Positions 1 to 11,074 of a stretch of DNA of 64,000 nucleotides are shown here, in pieces (position 1 is the first letter of the stretch; each line of letters starts with the position of its first letter). The notes below the pieces were generated by a model. That model saw only the letters and a list, made by a program, of their open reading frames with translations, did no database searches and was not told where the DNA came from. The stretch lies in assembly GCA_965202585.1 (NCBI GenBank), contig OZ241826.1, positions 77,748,001 through 77,812,000 on the forward strand, read 5' to 3'. The translations under genes and the position numbers were made by a program. This DNA comes from Thalia democratica. Its lineage: Eukaryota.

Positions 1-1815
1 CTAGCAAAAGTTCCTTGTCCAAGCTGGTGGACATAAGGACAAATTATTTTTAAATATTGATAAAAGTATTAATATAAAGTTATATTTTATTAATTGTTAT
101 TTTGTACTCGGAAAGAAAAAGAAATATTTTTTTGTAAGTATTCTTCATGAACCAAAAATATAAAAATACAGGTTTTTTTAATTTGATTTTAAAAGCTTGT
201 TACATCAATATGACTTAGTTGTAATGTTCCCCAATTTTTTTATCAAAACTTAATTTAAATATACATTTAAAACCGTAAAGTATAGTCCTATACAAGACAT
301 TAAACTGTATCAGTTGAGTATGACTCAATAACTTAAAGGTTTTTTCGTACACCACGTCCTTAGACTACGATTTTTTCAATTAATCTGAAAGACTTTTAAT
401 ATTCATTTTAAGTATACTAATGGTTGCTTTGAAACTTAGCTATTTAGTTTTTATGAAAATATTCTTTTTGGATCAAAAAATTAAGATTTTTTTTTGGTTA
501 GTTATTGAAAGCTAATTACATCAATATTACTCAGGTTTATTATTCCCAAGTTTTTTTAATGATAATTCGTGATGTTTTTTAAAGTTTGTAGTTAAAACTT
601 GAATAATGAAATACAAGCTTTTATAATACAAAACGGTCTAAGATAGGCTCTTAAACTATACCTAACAAACATAACTAAATTAATCAACAAAGTACAGTAT
701 AAATTAACACATAGCAGCTTTTATTAAAAGTATGCAATGTTGTTAATCAAAGTCATTTTTTAACAAGTTCAATTCGTTCGAATGACTTAAGTTCAACCTA
801 AAACCTATTAAATTTAAAGTTTTCTGCAACAAACAACTAGTAATTACTGTTCTACTGTCGAAGAACTTTTCTAAGTATTTTTTAATAATTTATCTTTTTA
901 TAACTGTCACCAACTTTTTTGTTATTGCACATGATTCTTTTTTTCTTGCTTTTAGGTGTCTTAAGGTCTGCCTAATATAACTATGTACTTGAAAAATATA
1001 TTGTAAACCTATCAAGTTTTTTCCTATTAGATTGCAAATATTTTTACATGTAAAAAATTAACTTCAAAAAATATTTTTGTTTTAGTTTTCTCTCGGTAAT
1101 TTTTTAATCGTTTCCAATGAAAGGCAATCTAAACAAAACATTATGTTTCTCGTTACCAAAACATTTAGTTTTACTTTGCTGATTAGATTTAATTAATTTG
1201 TTGAATTTTTCTGTTTAAAACTACTTTTTAGACGTTTTATATAATATAATAACAACTAATAGCTCTAGTGGTAAAAGTTACAATGATGGTTTTAATTTAA
1301 CCAAACTTTATTCATCGGAACAAACTTTAATGATTAAATAATAAGATAATGGCTGATAATGTAGGCGTTTCATAGATTTGGGAAAAAAATTTAAATTTTT
1401 TTTTGATATTCGAACGTGATAACTGTTTAACAAAAAAGTTCGGCCTAAAAGGTGAACTCTATTTCATGCAATCTATTCAACAAAATCTTTAATTATCACT
1501 AAACTCGATTTTTTGTCAAAGTCGAATGAAACTATATTTTTTTGACTAATAAATACATTGTAGTTGATCTACACTGGTGCTATTTATTTTATCTTGCGTC
1601 ACGTCTGTAAAAAAGATTAAGAGCTCATTTGCTGCAGTTTTTGTTATCTTTTTATTAACATTTAACACTTTCAAAAAGTTTACATTGATGTAATTAAGAA
1701 AACTACACAAAAATTGTTTGTATGTCTCAAGGCTAACATTAAAACCTGCTTAAAATATGTACTGCCTTTTAGTAGGCTGTAGTGCTGTAACTTAATAGTT
1801 TTCTATAACCGTTCA

Positions 1816-2071
1816 GTTCCAACCCGCGCACAAATCCCACCCGATCAAATCCAACCCGAATCAATTCCCATCCGAATCAAATCCCACCCGATCAAATCGA
1901 GCATTTCCCATCCGAATCAAATCCCACCCGATCAAATCCAACCCGAATCAAATCCCACCCGATCAAATCCCACCCAAATCAATTCCCACCCGATCATTAC
2001 CCACCCAAATCAATTCCCACCCGATCATTTCCCACCAAAATCAATTTCCATCCACATAATTCCTACCCGGT
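1816..2071 (+). repeat. Left terminal array, units of about CAAATCCCACCCGAT / CAATTCCCACCCGAAT
   Basis: Tandem units visible directly; reverse complement of the array at 4950-5337. Confidence 0.9.
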
Positions 2072-2479
2072 CAATGCCCTATATATTATCAAACCCGATT
2101 TTATTTATTCTTGTACGAGTTAAGAATTTTGTTACGTTTGGAACTCACATTAAAGTTTTGTATTTTTTAAAATCATTTGAAATATGAAACTAGTAAGGTA
2201 AAAACGATTTTTTTATTTAAGCTAAAATTGTTACTTTTGCTTATTTTATCATGTTTTTATTTTAATGTCAGTTTTGTTTGTGATAACTACGATAATTAAA
2301 TAATTACGACTCTCGAGCAACAGAAAGTTGGTCTGTTACTTATAAAATGCTATCATTGTTACTAAATTTTATCCAGATCAGGTTTAAATAATAATTAAGT
2401 TTTTAGTATCGGAACCATTTTCTATCATGGTAACATTTGATTGCTTTGACTTTTTTGCTCTTTCATTATTTAGCGATAC

Positions 2480-2720
2480 ATTTAAACACTCCAGGTTTGG
2501 CACACTGCATGACAGCTTTAAACCTTCTGTGCCAACCCTCCACACAATTGTTAGTCCGAAAGCAGTTTGCAAGCGTTTTTTCATTGACATTCTAAAAGGT
2601 AATAGGAAACAATGGTGGTTGAGCGTCAACACCATTGCTACCAATATAGGTATTAATAAAATACTTAATAATTTGTATCGCTTCAGTTGGACAGTCGTTT
2701 TGCCGAAGCAAAAGAAATAC
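2480..2720 (-). pseudogene. MULE transposase C-terminal remnant
   Basis: Minus-strand frame reads EAIQIIKYFINTYIGSNGVDAQPPLFPITF*NVNEKTLANCFRTNNCVEGWHRRFKAVMQCAKPGVFKCIAK. This matches the MULE pattern YF..TY(I)G...P.FP..WN...RTNN..EGWH, with a stop replacing the W. Confidence 0.85.
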
Positions 2721-4949
2721 TAACATTATAACTTAACAATATATTGCTTGCTTCGTTATAAAAAATAAATTGAATACTTTTTTGTAGTAAAACAGTGATT
2801 TTAGCTAAATTAAATAAGTCTACTTCTCGGCTAAAACCGGCCGGATTAGCAAGAAACCGGATTAGCAATGACCGGATTAGCGAGAAAGTACTGTATAATA
2901 AACTACAGAACGTTCACTTAATTAATATTAGTTATATTAGTTCTGCCTCAAGACAACAAAACGTACCTTGTATGGCTTATGAAAAGTAAATTTTAAACTA
3001 TACATAAATTTTGTAGTTTGAAAACTACGTAGTTTTATTATAAACATGAACTGCCTTAAATAAATTATTTATTACCAGTGTTGCAAGAGTTATATTTTTC
3101 ATACCACCTGAAAACTAAATACTTAATAAAAGTTTTCTAATTTGTTTGTTTAAGTTAAAATTTAACGCTCAAGCAGTTGATTTGAAAACTTAGCATTTTG
3201 TTTCAACAAGTATGCTCTATAAAATGTTGATATGTTCTGAACAGTATATACAATTATCTATCATTACTCTGAAATAATTTATCATATTTACAACTGTTTT
3301 ATCTATTTTGACTTCAAAACTGATATTTTTTCATAACACTCTTGTAATTGTTGAAATAGTTTAATTTTACTTTTATCTATTTTTTAAAACTGTTTAATAA
3401 TATGTTACAATACTAAACAATGTTCTTTAATTATTCTTAATTCTTTATTATCTTTAACTATTAGAACTTGAGTTATAGCGTAACCGAGCGAATTTTCGTT
3501 AGCAGAGGACTAAATTTTCGTAAACACTGGTCGCAATATAAAATATAAACATGCTCTCGAGCCACAGTTTTACAAATATGGGCCACAGTTTGCCGAACCC
3601 TTGTGTAGATCATTAAAAAAAAAGTTATCTCAGTGTAGCAGAGAAATTTCTAGGCCTTTTCAAATGGAGAAGCACTATTTTTGCTTTAGTTTAGAATGAT
3701 TCTTCTTCTAACTATAAATAAAAGTTGTTAAAATATATAAGCATCTACTCAACTGTTAACATATTTGTTAATCATAGTTTTTAAATACATAATGTTAAAC
3801 TATCAATAACGTTTTTCAGTCAAATATCTATAATTTTTTTTGTCTACTTCATAAAAAGTTTCTCACTTAATAACCTTGTTAGTTTAAATAAATTTGAAAA
3901 CTATTTAACTCATTTAATTTATAAAATGTTGTTAACATTTTATTATCTAATAGCAAAACATAAAGAAAAGACAAAATTGATTTAAAATATAAAAGAATTC
4001 GAGATAGTTGAAGTTAAATGGCAAATTAAAGAACATGTAGTAATGTCAATATATAGAGGTCGTGTTTAAATAGTTTTGTTAAGTCTAAGGCCTTTTTCAA
4101 TGTATAAGAATCAAAACTAGAATAATAATAAAAAACACACGTGATAAATATAACATGCTAAAAGATGTGCTTGTATTAGCATGTATAACTTTAATAAATA
4201 TGTAATTAGAAGTAAAGTCGCAATATATAGTTGTAAATAACGCATAAGTTAATGAAAAGTCTTCTTTACAAACAAAGTTTCGAAAGTTATAAGCGGTTTA
4301 TAACACAATGAAAAGAAAATAAAGCTTTTTCTTATTAGCGCATACCACAAAAACAAACCTTTTTTACGATAAAATAAAATGTTTGAATTTTGTTATTGCA
4401 TTTGGTTATTAAAGCACTTTTAATACTCGTTGTTATAACTTTAACAATTTTGGAAAGAAAGCACAAGCGAAACAAGTAAAAGTTTATGAATAAACAGCTT
4501 TTTTGGTTAATAAACGAAACTTTATTTTTCTCTTTTTCGTCTTTTTTCATTTTCGCACAGGCTCCAGGTACCCAGTTTAAACACGCCCCTGCAATTAGGT
4601 ACAGCTTATTGAAAATGAAAACAATAAAAATTTTGTAAATTAATAATTTCTCTCATTAAAAGTTATTATAAAAAAAAATTATTATTAAACGTTATTAAAG
4701 AAAACTTTTTGGTCGAAATATATAAGGTAATATGATATTTTAAACTTAAAAAGAATGGAATTTGACTGAAACTTATAATCAATCTTTCTTCTAAACTTTA
4801 AATGTACAAAAATTAAACGGATTAGAATTTATGCATAAAACTATGACCTGAACTAACCGTATAACATATATAAAGGTTGATAATTATTTTATTTGAAATA
4901 TTTATGAACTGGATTGAATCGAATGAAAATTCTCTCGAGTGATAATTTA

Positions 4950-5337
4950 CCTGGATGGGAATTAAACTTAAGGAATTGATCAGGTGAGATTTGATTTGGT
5001 CGGTATTTAATTCGTGATGGAATTGTGCGGGTTGGATTTGATTTAGGTGGGATTTGATCGGGTGGGATTTGATCGGGTGGGAATTGATTAAGGTAGGAAT
5101 TAATTCGGGTGGGATTTGATCGGGTGGGAATTGATTCGGGTGGGAATTGATCGGGTGGGATTTGATTCGGGTGGGAAATGATCGGATGGGATTTGATTCG
5201 GGTGGGAATCGATCCGGGTGGGAATTGATCGGGTGGGATTCGATCGGGTTGGAATTGATTCGGGTGGGATTTGATACGGGTGGGATTTGATTCGGGTGGG
5301 AATCGAGTGGGTGGGAATTGAGCGCGGGTGGGAAATG
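4950..5337 (-). repeat. Right terminal array (ATCGGGTGGGATTTG / ATTCGGGTGGGAATTG units)
   Basis: Tandem units visible directly; ends in GAGCGCGGGTGGGAAATG, the inverse of CAGTTCCAACCCGCGCAC at 1816. Confidence 0.9.
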
Positions 5338-7005
5338 TTAGTATACAATAAGCAGTATGTCACAAAAGATTTTTTAAGCTTTTAGAATTTAAAGGAGTAA
5401 AACTTCAGTAACAATTGTTCTGAGTTATTTTTATTTATTTTGTAATTGTCTAATTTTATCTAAAAAATATATTATACTTTATTTTAAATTGGAATTTTAT
5501 GGAAAGTTATACTAATCCATAATAAATACATAACAAAATGTATTTTAAATGTTATTAAACCTAGTCATGTTACATCTACAAGAAATGGGTATAACTAGTT
5601 CACTTAAAAAATATGACATTTGGTGTTTTTACAATCATCAAAATAACACATACTTTCAATTAAACGAGTTAAATTTGAAACTGTCATATTTTGTTCGTAA
5701 TTTACGTATAATTTAAAATAAATAAGTTAAGTTTTTCAATTCAAACGTTTCTAAATAATTGAATGTAGTGTTTAATAAACGATTATTTGTTTACTTTTTA
5801 AAATGTTACACTACACTGATTTAAGATGAATTCTTTCAAATTTAAAAAAGTAATCAATAAAATGTTTTAAGTTCATCAAAAAGATTATTTTTATAATCCA
5901 GAATAAGTACACGTAGTGTAAGTTATATTAAATTTCTCTAAAGAAAACTTATAAGTTTATATGCGCAATAATAGTAGTTTTAGAAGAATGCAAAATTTTA
6001 TAAGTTTCGTTTTTTTTCAATATTTATTTAGTAAGGTTGTAATTCGTTTGAATATTAAAGGAAAAGTTTTAAGTGTACAAACTATTGAGTTCTTAGCAGA
6101 CTTTCATAGCGTTATATAGTCAACCGTACAAAAATTACGATTGAAAAAAGTTTTTTTAGTCATAACTAATGATTTGAGATTTATGTGAAACTAGCACAAA
6201 TATAATATACAATTCTTTTAATTTATAATTTTAAAACAGTTTAAATTTTATTTTTGTAGATTATTTTCTTATGATTTTTTAATTCATAACAACAAGTTTC
6301 AATTTACAATAAGAATTTTGTTAGCACTTATGTATTTACAAAACATGCTTATTTTGAATTTCAATCAGTAAAATAAAGTCATACATATCACAATTTCTAG
6401 CATTATTATGTTTTGTTAAACAAAGTAAAATTTTGTAAACAAGAAACATTGACGAACACTTATAGTTTATTATTTACTTAAGTTATTTAGTCACAGTTTT
6501 TAACACAAAAGTACTTTCATATAAACACTTTTACTTTACTTAGTATTAAAAAGATTAAACCAGTGCTTAGTACACGTATTGTTTTTAGGTTAAATAATAT
6601 ATAAGAACTTTAGAATCAAACAGTTTATTCACATTTGAAAGTCATAAAACTACGAAATAACAAATAAAAGCAGAGCATAATTTATTCATATTTGAGTAAA
6701 TAATAAAAAGTTGATTGCGTTTAAAACTATAATTAGTTGTAAAAAATTTGTTTAATAACTTGCTATGTACAATATGAAAGTTGTCTCTTTTTTTCTAAGC
6801 TTCAAACTATAAAACACAATTGCAAATTAATAAATGAATATTTTTTAACTTCTGTTTTTTAGCTTTTATATTGATAAAATTATTTCTAGACAAAAGTAGT
6901 CACAATATTATTTTTGACTTAGTTTACAAAAAAGACTTATTATTTTTTACATTTTCAAAGAGCCAAACATAAACAAAAGTAACCAAAATCACAAAAATTT
7001 AAGGT

Positions 7006-9560
7006 TTAATAATTTTTTTCATCTTTCGCTTGATTCTTTTCAAGTTCTTTTAGCTAAAAGTTAAAATTATTTATTTTTATATAAAAGCTAAACTTTTTAG
7101 TTCTAGCATTGAAAACTTATTTTTTATAAACTGAAAAGTATAAGAGTATAAGTACTCTTTGCTTAAAAATGTAAATTTAAAACAAAATAAAAGTTTACCT
7201 TGTTTTCGTACTTATCAGATAATTTTCGGAATACTTCAACAAAGTCTTCATATTTCATTGCCATCTAAAAGAACAAACAGATAATGAAAAGTTGTTATAG
7301 TTATGAATTATTAAAAAAAAAATTTTTTTTATATATTTCGAATTTAAATAGATTAATTTTATGGATTGTGGATTAATTAAAGTACATATGGTTTGTTTAC
7401 TAATATAAACATACATTAGGATATGAAATGTTTATAGTAGTTTTAACCTTTTTTTGTATAAGTTTTTATGTAAATAATTAATAAACAACAATTTAATGTT
7501 GTTTTAGCTCATAACATTACTTCAATTGTAAACAACTAACAAAATGTCTTTGTTCAACGTTTTTCTGTCTTCTTATTTCACTAACATAGGTAACCTAATA
7601 TTTTCAAAACTGTTGAACTGTAGTCTTGGACTGAATTAAGTTATTTTTAAGCGTTTATTTGTCATTATTATAGTTTTATTTTTAACAATTTGAACTTAAA
7701 AAAAACTTAAGATCTAATTTTCCATGAGAAAAGAAAAAATTGTTAAAAAAATAAACCTGTTCCAACTCGCTTTCGAGAATCCTTATTCTTTCTTCTTTCG
7801 ACTGGACCAAATCTTGAAGTCGCAGGTATAGAATCGCGTACTCACGTCGAATATCTTCTGATTCCTGATATTTTTTTTTTTTCGAAGTTGAAAACTTTAG
7901 AGTTATATGAAATAATAGTAAGTTTTTTTTTTGTTATTTTATACATAAATACCCTAAGGAAGTAACAAAAAGGTTTAAATTTCGTACTAAAGTAGGTTTT
8001 TAGTAAAATTTGATATATTTTTTTAAATAGCTATTTTTTGATACATATCAATATAATACCTAATTAAATTATAGTTTTTTTTAAAATAGATAAATTATAT
8101 AAAACATATTATGCTTGTTTACAACTACTAAACTTTTTTCAAAATCTTAAAATATAAAAAAACTTTGTTTGTTATCTGTTATTTTTTTAATTTGTTTTTT
8201 AAGTTAAACTGAAAACTAACAGTGTCATTTAATTTAAAATTTAAACATTATTATACAACAATCTAAGCTTACTTTACTAATAAAAGCACAAACTACTTTT
8301 TTTTTATCTGCTATAGACTAAGTTTGCTTATAATAGAAGTTAGTATTGAAGTAGTTTTTCTCGTTTACTAATTAAATTTAAGGCCGCTTATCATTTTATG
8401 AACAGTTATTTTTTAATAAGCTAGACTTCATTTATATGAATAAAGCTAGGTTACTCGCACATGAACTTTTATATTGAACAAATATCTTTATTAAGCAGTT
8501 CAAGCACTAACTAAGGTTTTAAGACGCTTTTCTTCCTCGATATACCTTTTATTTGTTAAATCATCTCTCTTTATTCTGGAGTTAATTTCTTCAGTTTGCA
8601 TTGCTACATCCTATTTGTCAAGTAAAAGTTTTACTGAGTTGAAATAAACGTTCTTTAAGAGCAAAATTAAAGTAAACTTAGAACATCAATTACACGCTTT
8701 TTACGCTTGATTATTAATAAAATATTTCTTTTTTATAAAGGTTATTAAAGTGTTTAGAGTTTTAATCAACCTGGTACTATTTCTATTAGGTTATAAAAAA
8801 AGTCTGTTATTTTTTACGTGATTTAAGAAATTCAAAACAAAGTAAATTTTGTAAAAGACAAACTCAATCAAAATAAAACTTACTTGAAATTTCAAAATTG
8901 TGGTTTGAGTTGCAACGTATTTCTCTGGTGGTGTTTTTAATTCTGTTTGAGAACTGACATTAGCGATTCTATCTTCAGTTGGTACGCGTAGGTAAATGGA
9001 TTTCTGTAAAGTAATTTAATGATTTCATTTTTATTATTGTTTTTATTTGAAAACACTCAATAATAGTTTTTTTTTTGACTTAAACATATTAAGATTTTAC
9101 TTTTAAATTTTGTATGAACAAAAGCAAACTTTCTGGTGGTACAGTATTGTCATCGCTAGAAGGGTCACTGCAAAAAACATGAAAAGAACGGTAATCAGTG
9201 CCGTCAAATAGTTTTCGGTAGGCTTATTAGCTTTACAAATAGAGTGCCCATCTAACTCGAAGGACGCATCATACATAATAGGTTTTATGTAAGGTGCGTA
9301 AGGCCTTATAACGTAAAAGTGTGAAGAGTTATCAGACGAGTATTTGATGACATTATAGTTGTTTTTTAAAAGTTTATCCTCGCATCGCATTAGATACTTT
9401 TGAAGTGTGCCTTTTCTGAAAACTTCCTCATCTGCTAGTTTACCGTTGTTTTTTTGACAAGAATTTTTGTCTTCTTTAAGGTTTTGGGTTTTTTCATCAA
9501 CAATAAAATACTTGTTTTTGTCATCATCAAAAAACTCTTGACATGTAGTTGGAAATGAGG
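7006..9560 (-). CDS. Single-pass membrane receptor, copy A: degenerate CTLD-like ectodomain, TM, cytoplasmic QT motifs and coiled coil (5' exon not located)
   Basis: GT-AG exons complement(9130-9560, 8884-9003, 8512-8610, 7757-7864, 7541-7594, 7199-7264, 7006-7053) join in frame: ..SFPTTCQEFF..KYFIV..SCQKNNGKLA..ICK..YLTALITVLFMFFAVTLLAMTILYHQK|KSIYLRV..VSSQTE..VATQTT..FQ|DVAMQTE..|ESEDIRREY..ELEQ|VTYVSEIRRQKNVEQRHF|MAMKYEDF..|LKELEKNQAKDEKNY*. Copy B has the same exon structure and phases. Confidence 0.85.
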
Positions 9561-10369
9561 CTATAAAAAGTTAAGTTAATTAGAAGTAAAAAATTAATTT
9601 GCAGAAGTTATATCTTGATATTTACGAGTTAGGTTTAAAAATACTAAAGCATACACTTAGATATGTAAAAACACTTGTTTGTTTGTTTGTAGCTAACTTG
9701 TTTATTGGTTTTAACACTTTTACTTAAACATTAAGTATAGATTTTGTTTCTATGTGATTATCCTTATAGTTTATAAAAGTATAATTGAGCTAAAGTAACA
9801 AAACTTCCTACAAATTAAATTAAACAAAACATATCAAGTAATAATTATATATGTACCTGATAAAAATAAATGTTTTCTTTAATTATTTATTAAAGTAAAT
9901 TAAAAAAATTATTTAATATAGATAGTTTAAACATACTTACTTATCGACTATTCTGTAATAGTTTATATTGAAAAGTTTAATATTAGTAAATTAGTCATAA
10001 AGTGTTTTTACATTATTCTTTTTTAAGTTCTGACATTTATTAACACTCCACTAATATCAGTTTATTTTAATTTATAAAAAAACTTTAGCAATGATAATCC
10101 AGCTTAAATATATTTAAAAAAACCTGAAGGCCTGCACTTTCCTGTAAGTGTAAGGAAAAAGTACCAAAAGTTTTTTCTAAATATAAACATCTGAAAAATA
10201 AATAGCTAAAATAAAATTATTGTAGCAGGCACATCGAAAACAACAGCTTGTATACTTTAGGATGCCTTGACGCAGTAACGTTACATTATACATACATTAT
10301 AGTTCCACATTAAAAAAGACCATTAACCAGCTTTTATTGTTTCTAGATTGAAAAATATACAAGTTTAAA

Positions 10370-11074
10370 ATGAAATTACAAATGGAAAAAAATTGCCCAA
10401 TTAGTATTACCACAAACAGTGGCACTTACACATTCTACGATAAAAGAGTAGAAAAATGCGAAGCAGAACAGATATGTCAGAGCAAAGGGCAGATACTAGC
10501 TCCTATTACAAACATGGAGGACCGCAAAGCCATTGAAAAGCTAGCTAGTCAAAAGTGTGGAATTTTTCTTGACCATTATGCGTCATCTTATCATGTTGGA
10601 CTAGAAATTAAAAAGTGTGGAAACAAAGTCACTAAAATATTTTCGAATGGGGTTGCATACAACAAAACTTTGCATGACAGGTTTTACCACTTTAATTCGG
10701 CAAAAGGGTACGAGCACTGTCTTACTGCATTGTGGGTGCCAAACGGTGGAGTTAAAGCACCTATTCCTGTAATTGGTAAATTCAATAAATGTAAAGATTA
10801 TCATGAAAGATTTATTTGTTTGGATCCAGCAAAACCTGACAATAACTCAACTGTCACTGAAGAAGCTCGTCATCTTAAAAGGTCTAAAAGAAGTGTAAAG
10901 TTTAGCAGGGAAAATGATTTGTTAGGCCAACAAAACTTTTATTTTGTGTCTCAAATGTTTGGTGTTTGTTTTTTAGCTATAGTTTGTTGTTTTTTGCTTT
11001 TAGCAAATAGAAAGCTTAAAAAAAGAAACAACTTTTTGGAAATGAAAACTAAATTAGATACAAACGGATGTTAA
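10370..11074 (+). CDS. C-type-lectin-like membrane protein, copy A (CTLD, RSKR site, C-terminal TM, basic tail), 234 aa
   Basis: CTLD hallmarks: EAEQICQSKGQILAPI, YHVGL (WIGL-equivalent), RFIC. Eight Cys are shared with copy B; sequons NKT and NST; KRSKR precedes TM MFGVCFLAIVCCFLLLA, then NRKLKKR. An acceptor (TTTCTAG, 10346) and an in-frame stop precede the ATG. Confidence 0.85.
   Translation: MKLQMEKNCPISITTNSGTYTFYDKRVEKCEAEQICQSKGQILAPITNMEDRKAIEKLASQKCGIFLDHYASSYHVGLEIKKCGNKVTKIFSNGVAYNKTLHDRFYHFNSAKGYEHCLTALWVPNGGVKAPIPVIGKFNKCKDYHERFICLDPAKPDNNSTVTEEARHLKRSKRSVKFSRENDLLGQQNFYFVSQMFGVCFLAIVCCFLLLANRKLKKRNNFLEMKTKLDTNGC

Larger units (their letters stand above)
1816..5337 (-). mobile_element. 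Degenerate Mutator-like (MULE, foldback/Phantom-type) DNA transposon with tandem-repeat terminal inverted arrays
   Basis: Inverted arrays of 15-16 bp units at both ends, an internal MULE transposase remnant, and absence from the matching position of copy B (about 35720). No TSD recognised; ends approximate. Confidence 0.85.

Noticed and set aside
1816-2071. Regular short repeats resembling a CRISPR array or telomeric repeat
   Set aside because: No unique spacers, no cas genes, eukaryotic context; they pair as inverted transposon termini.
2384-2989. ORF-track proteins at 2384-2989
   Set aside because: Wrong frames of the MULE remnant or adjacent repeat; the meaningful frame is broken by stops.
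4054-4591. Possible MITE bounded by CGTGTTTAAA inverted motifs
   Set aside because: Match too short and out of register; no TSD.
5100-5363. 87-aa P/T/R/S-rich ORF
   Set aside because: Translation of the minisatellite array.
9561-10346. Signal-peptide exon for the minus-strand receptor
   Set aside because: Searched both copies for ATG plus a hydrophobic run plus a phase-1 donor; no candidate was open and conserved, so the 5' end is left unassigned.
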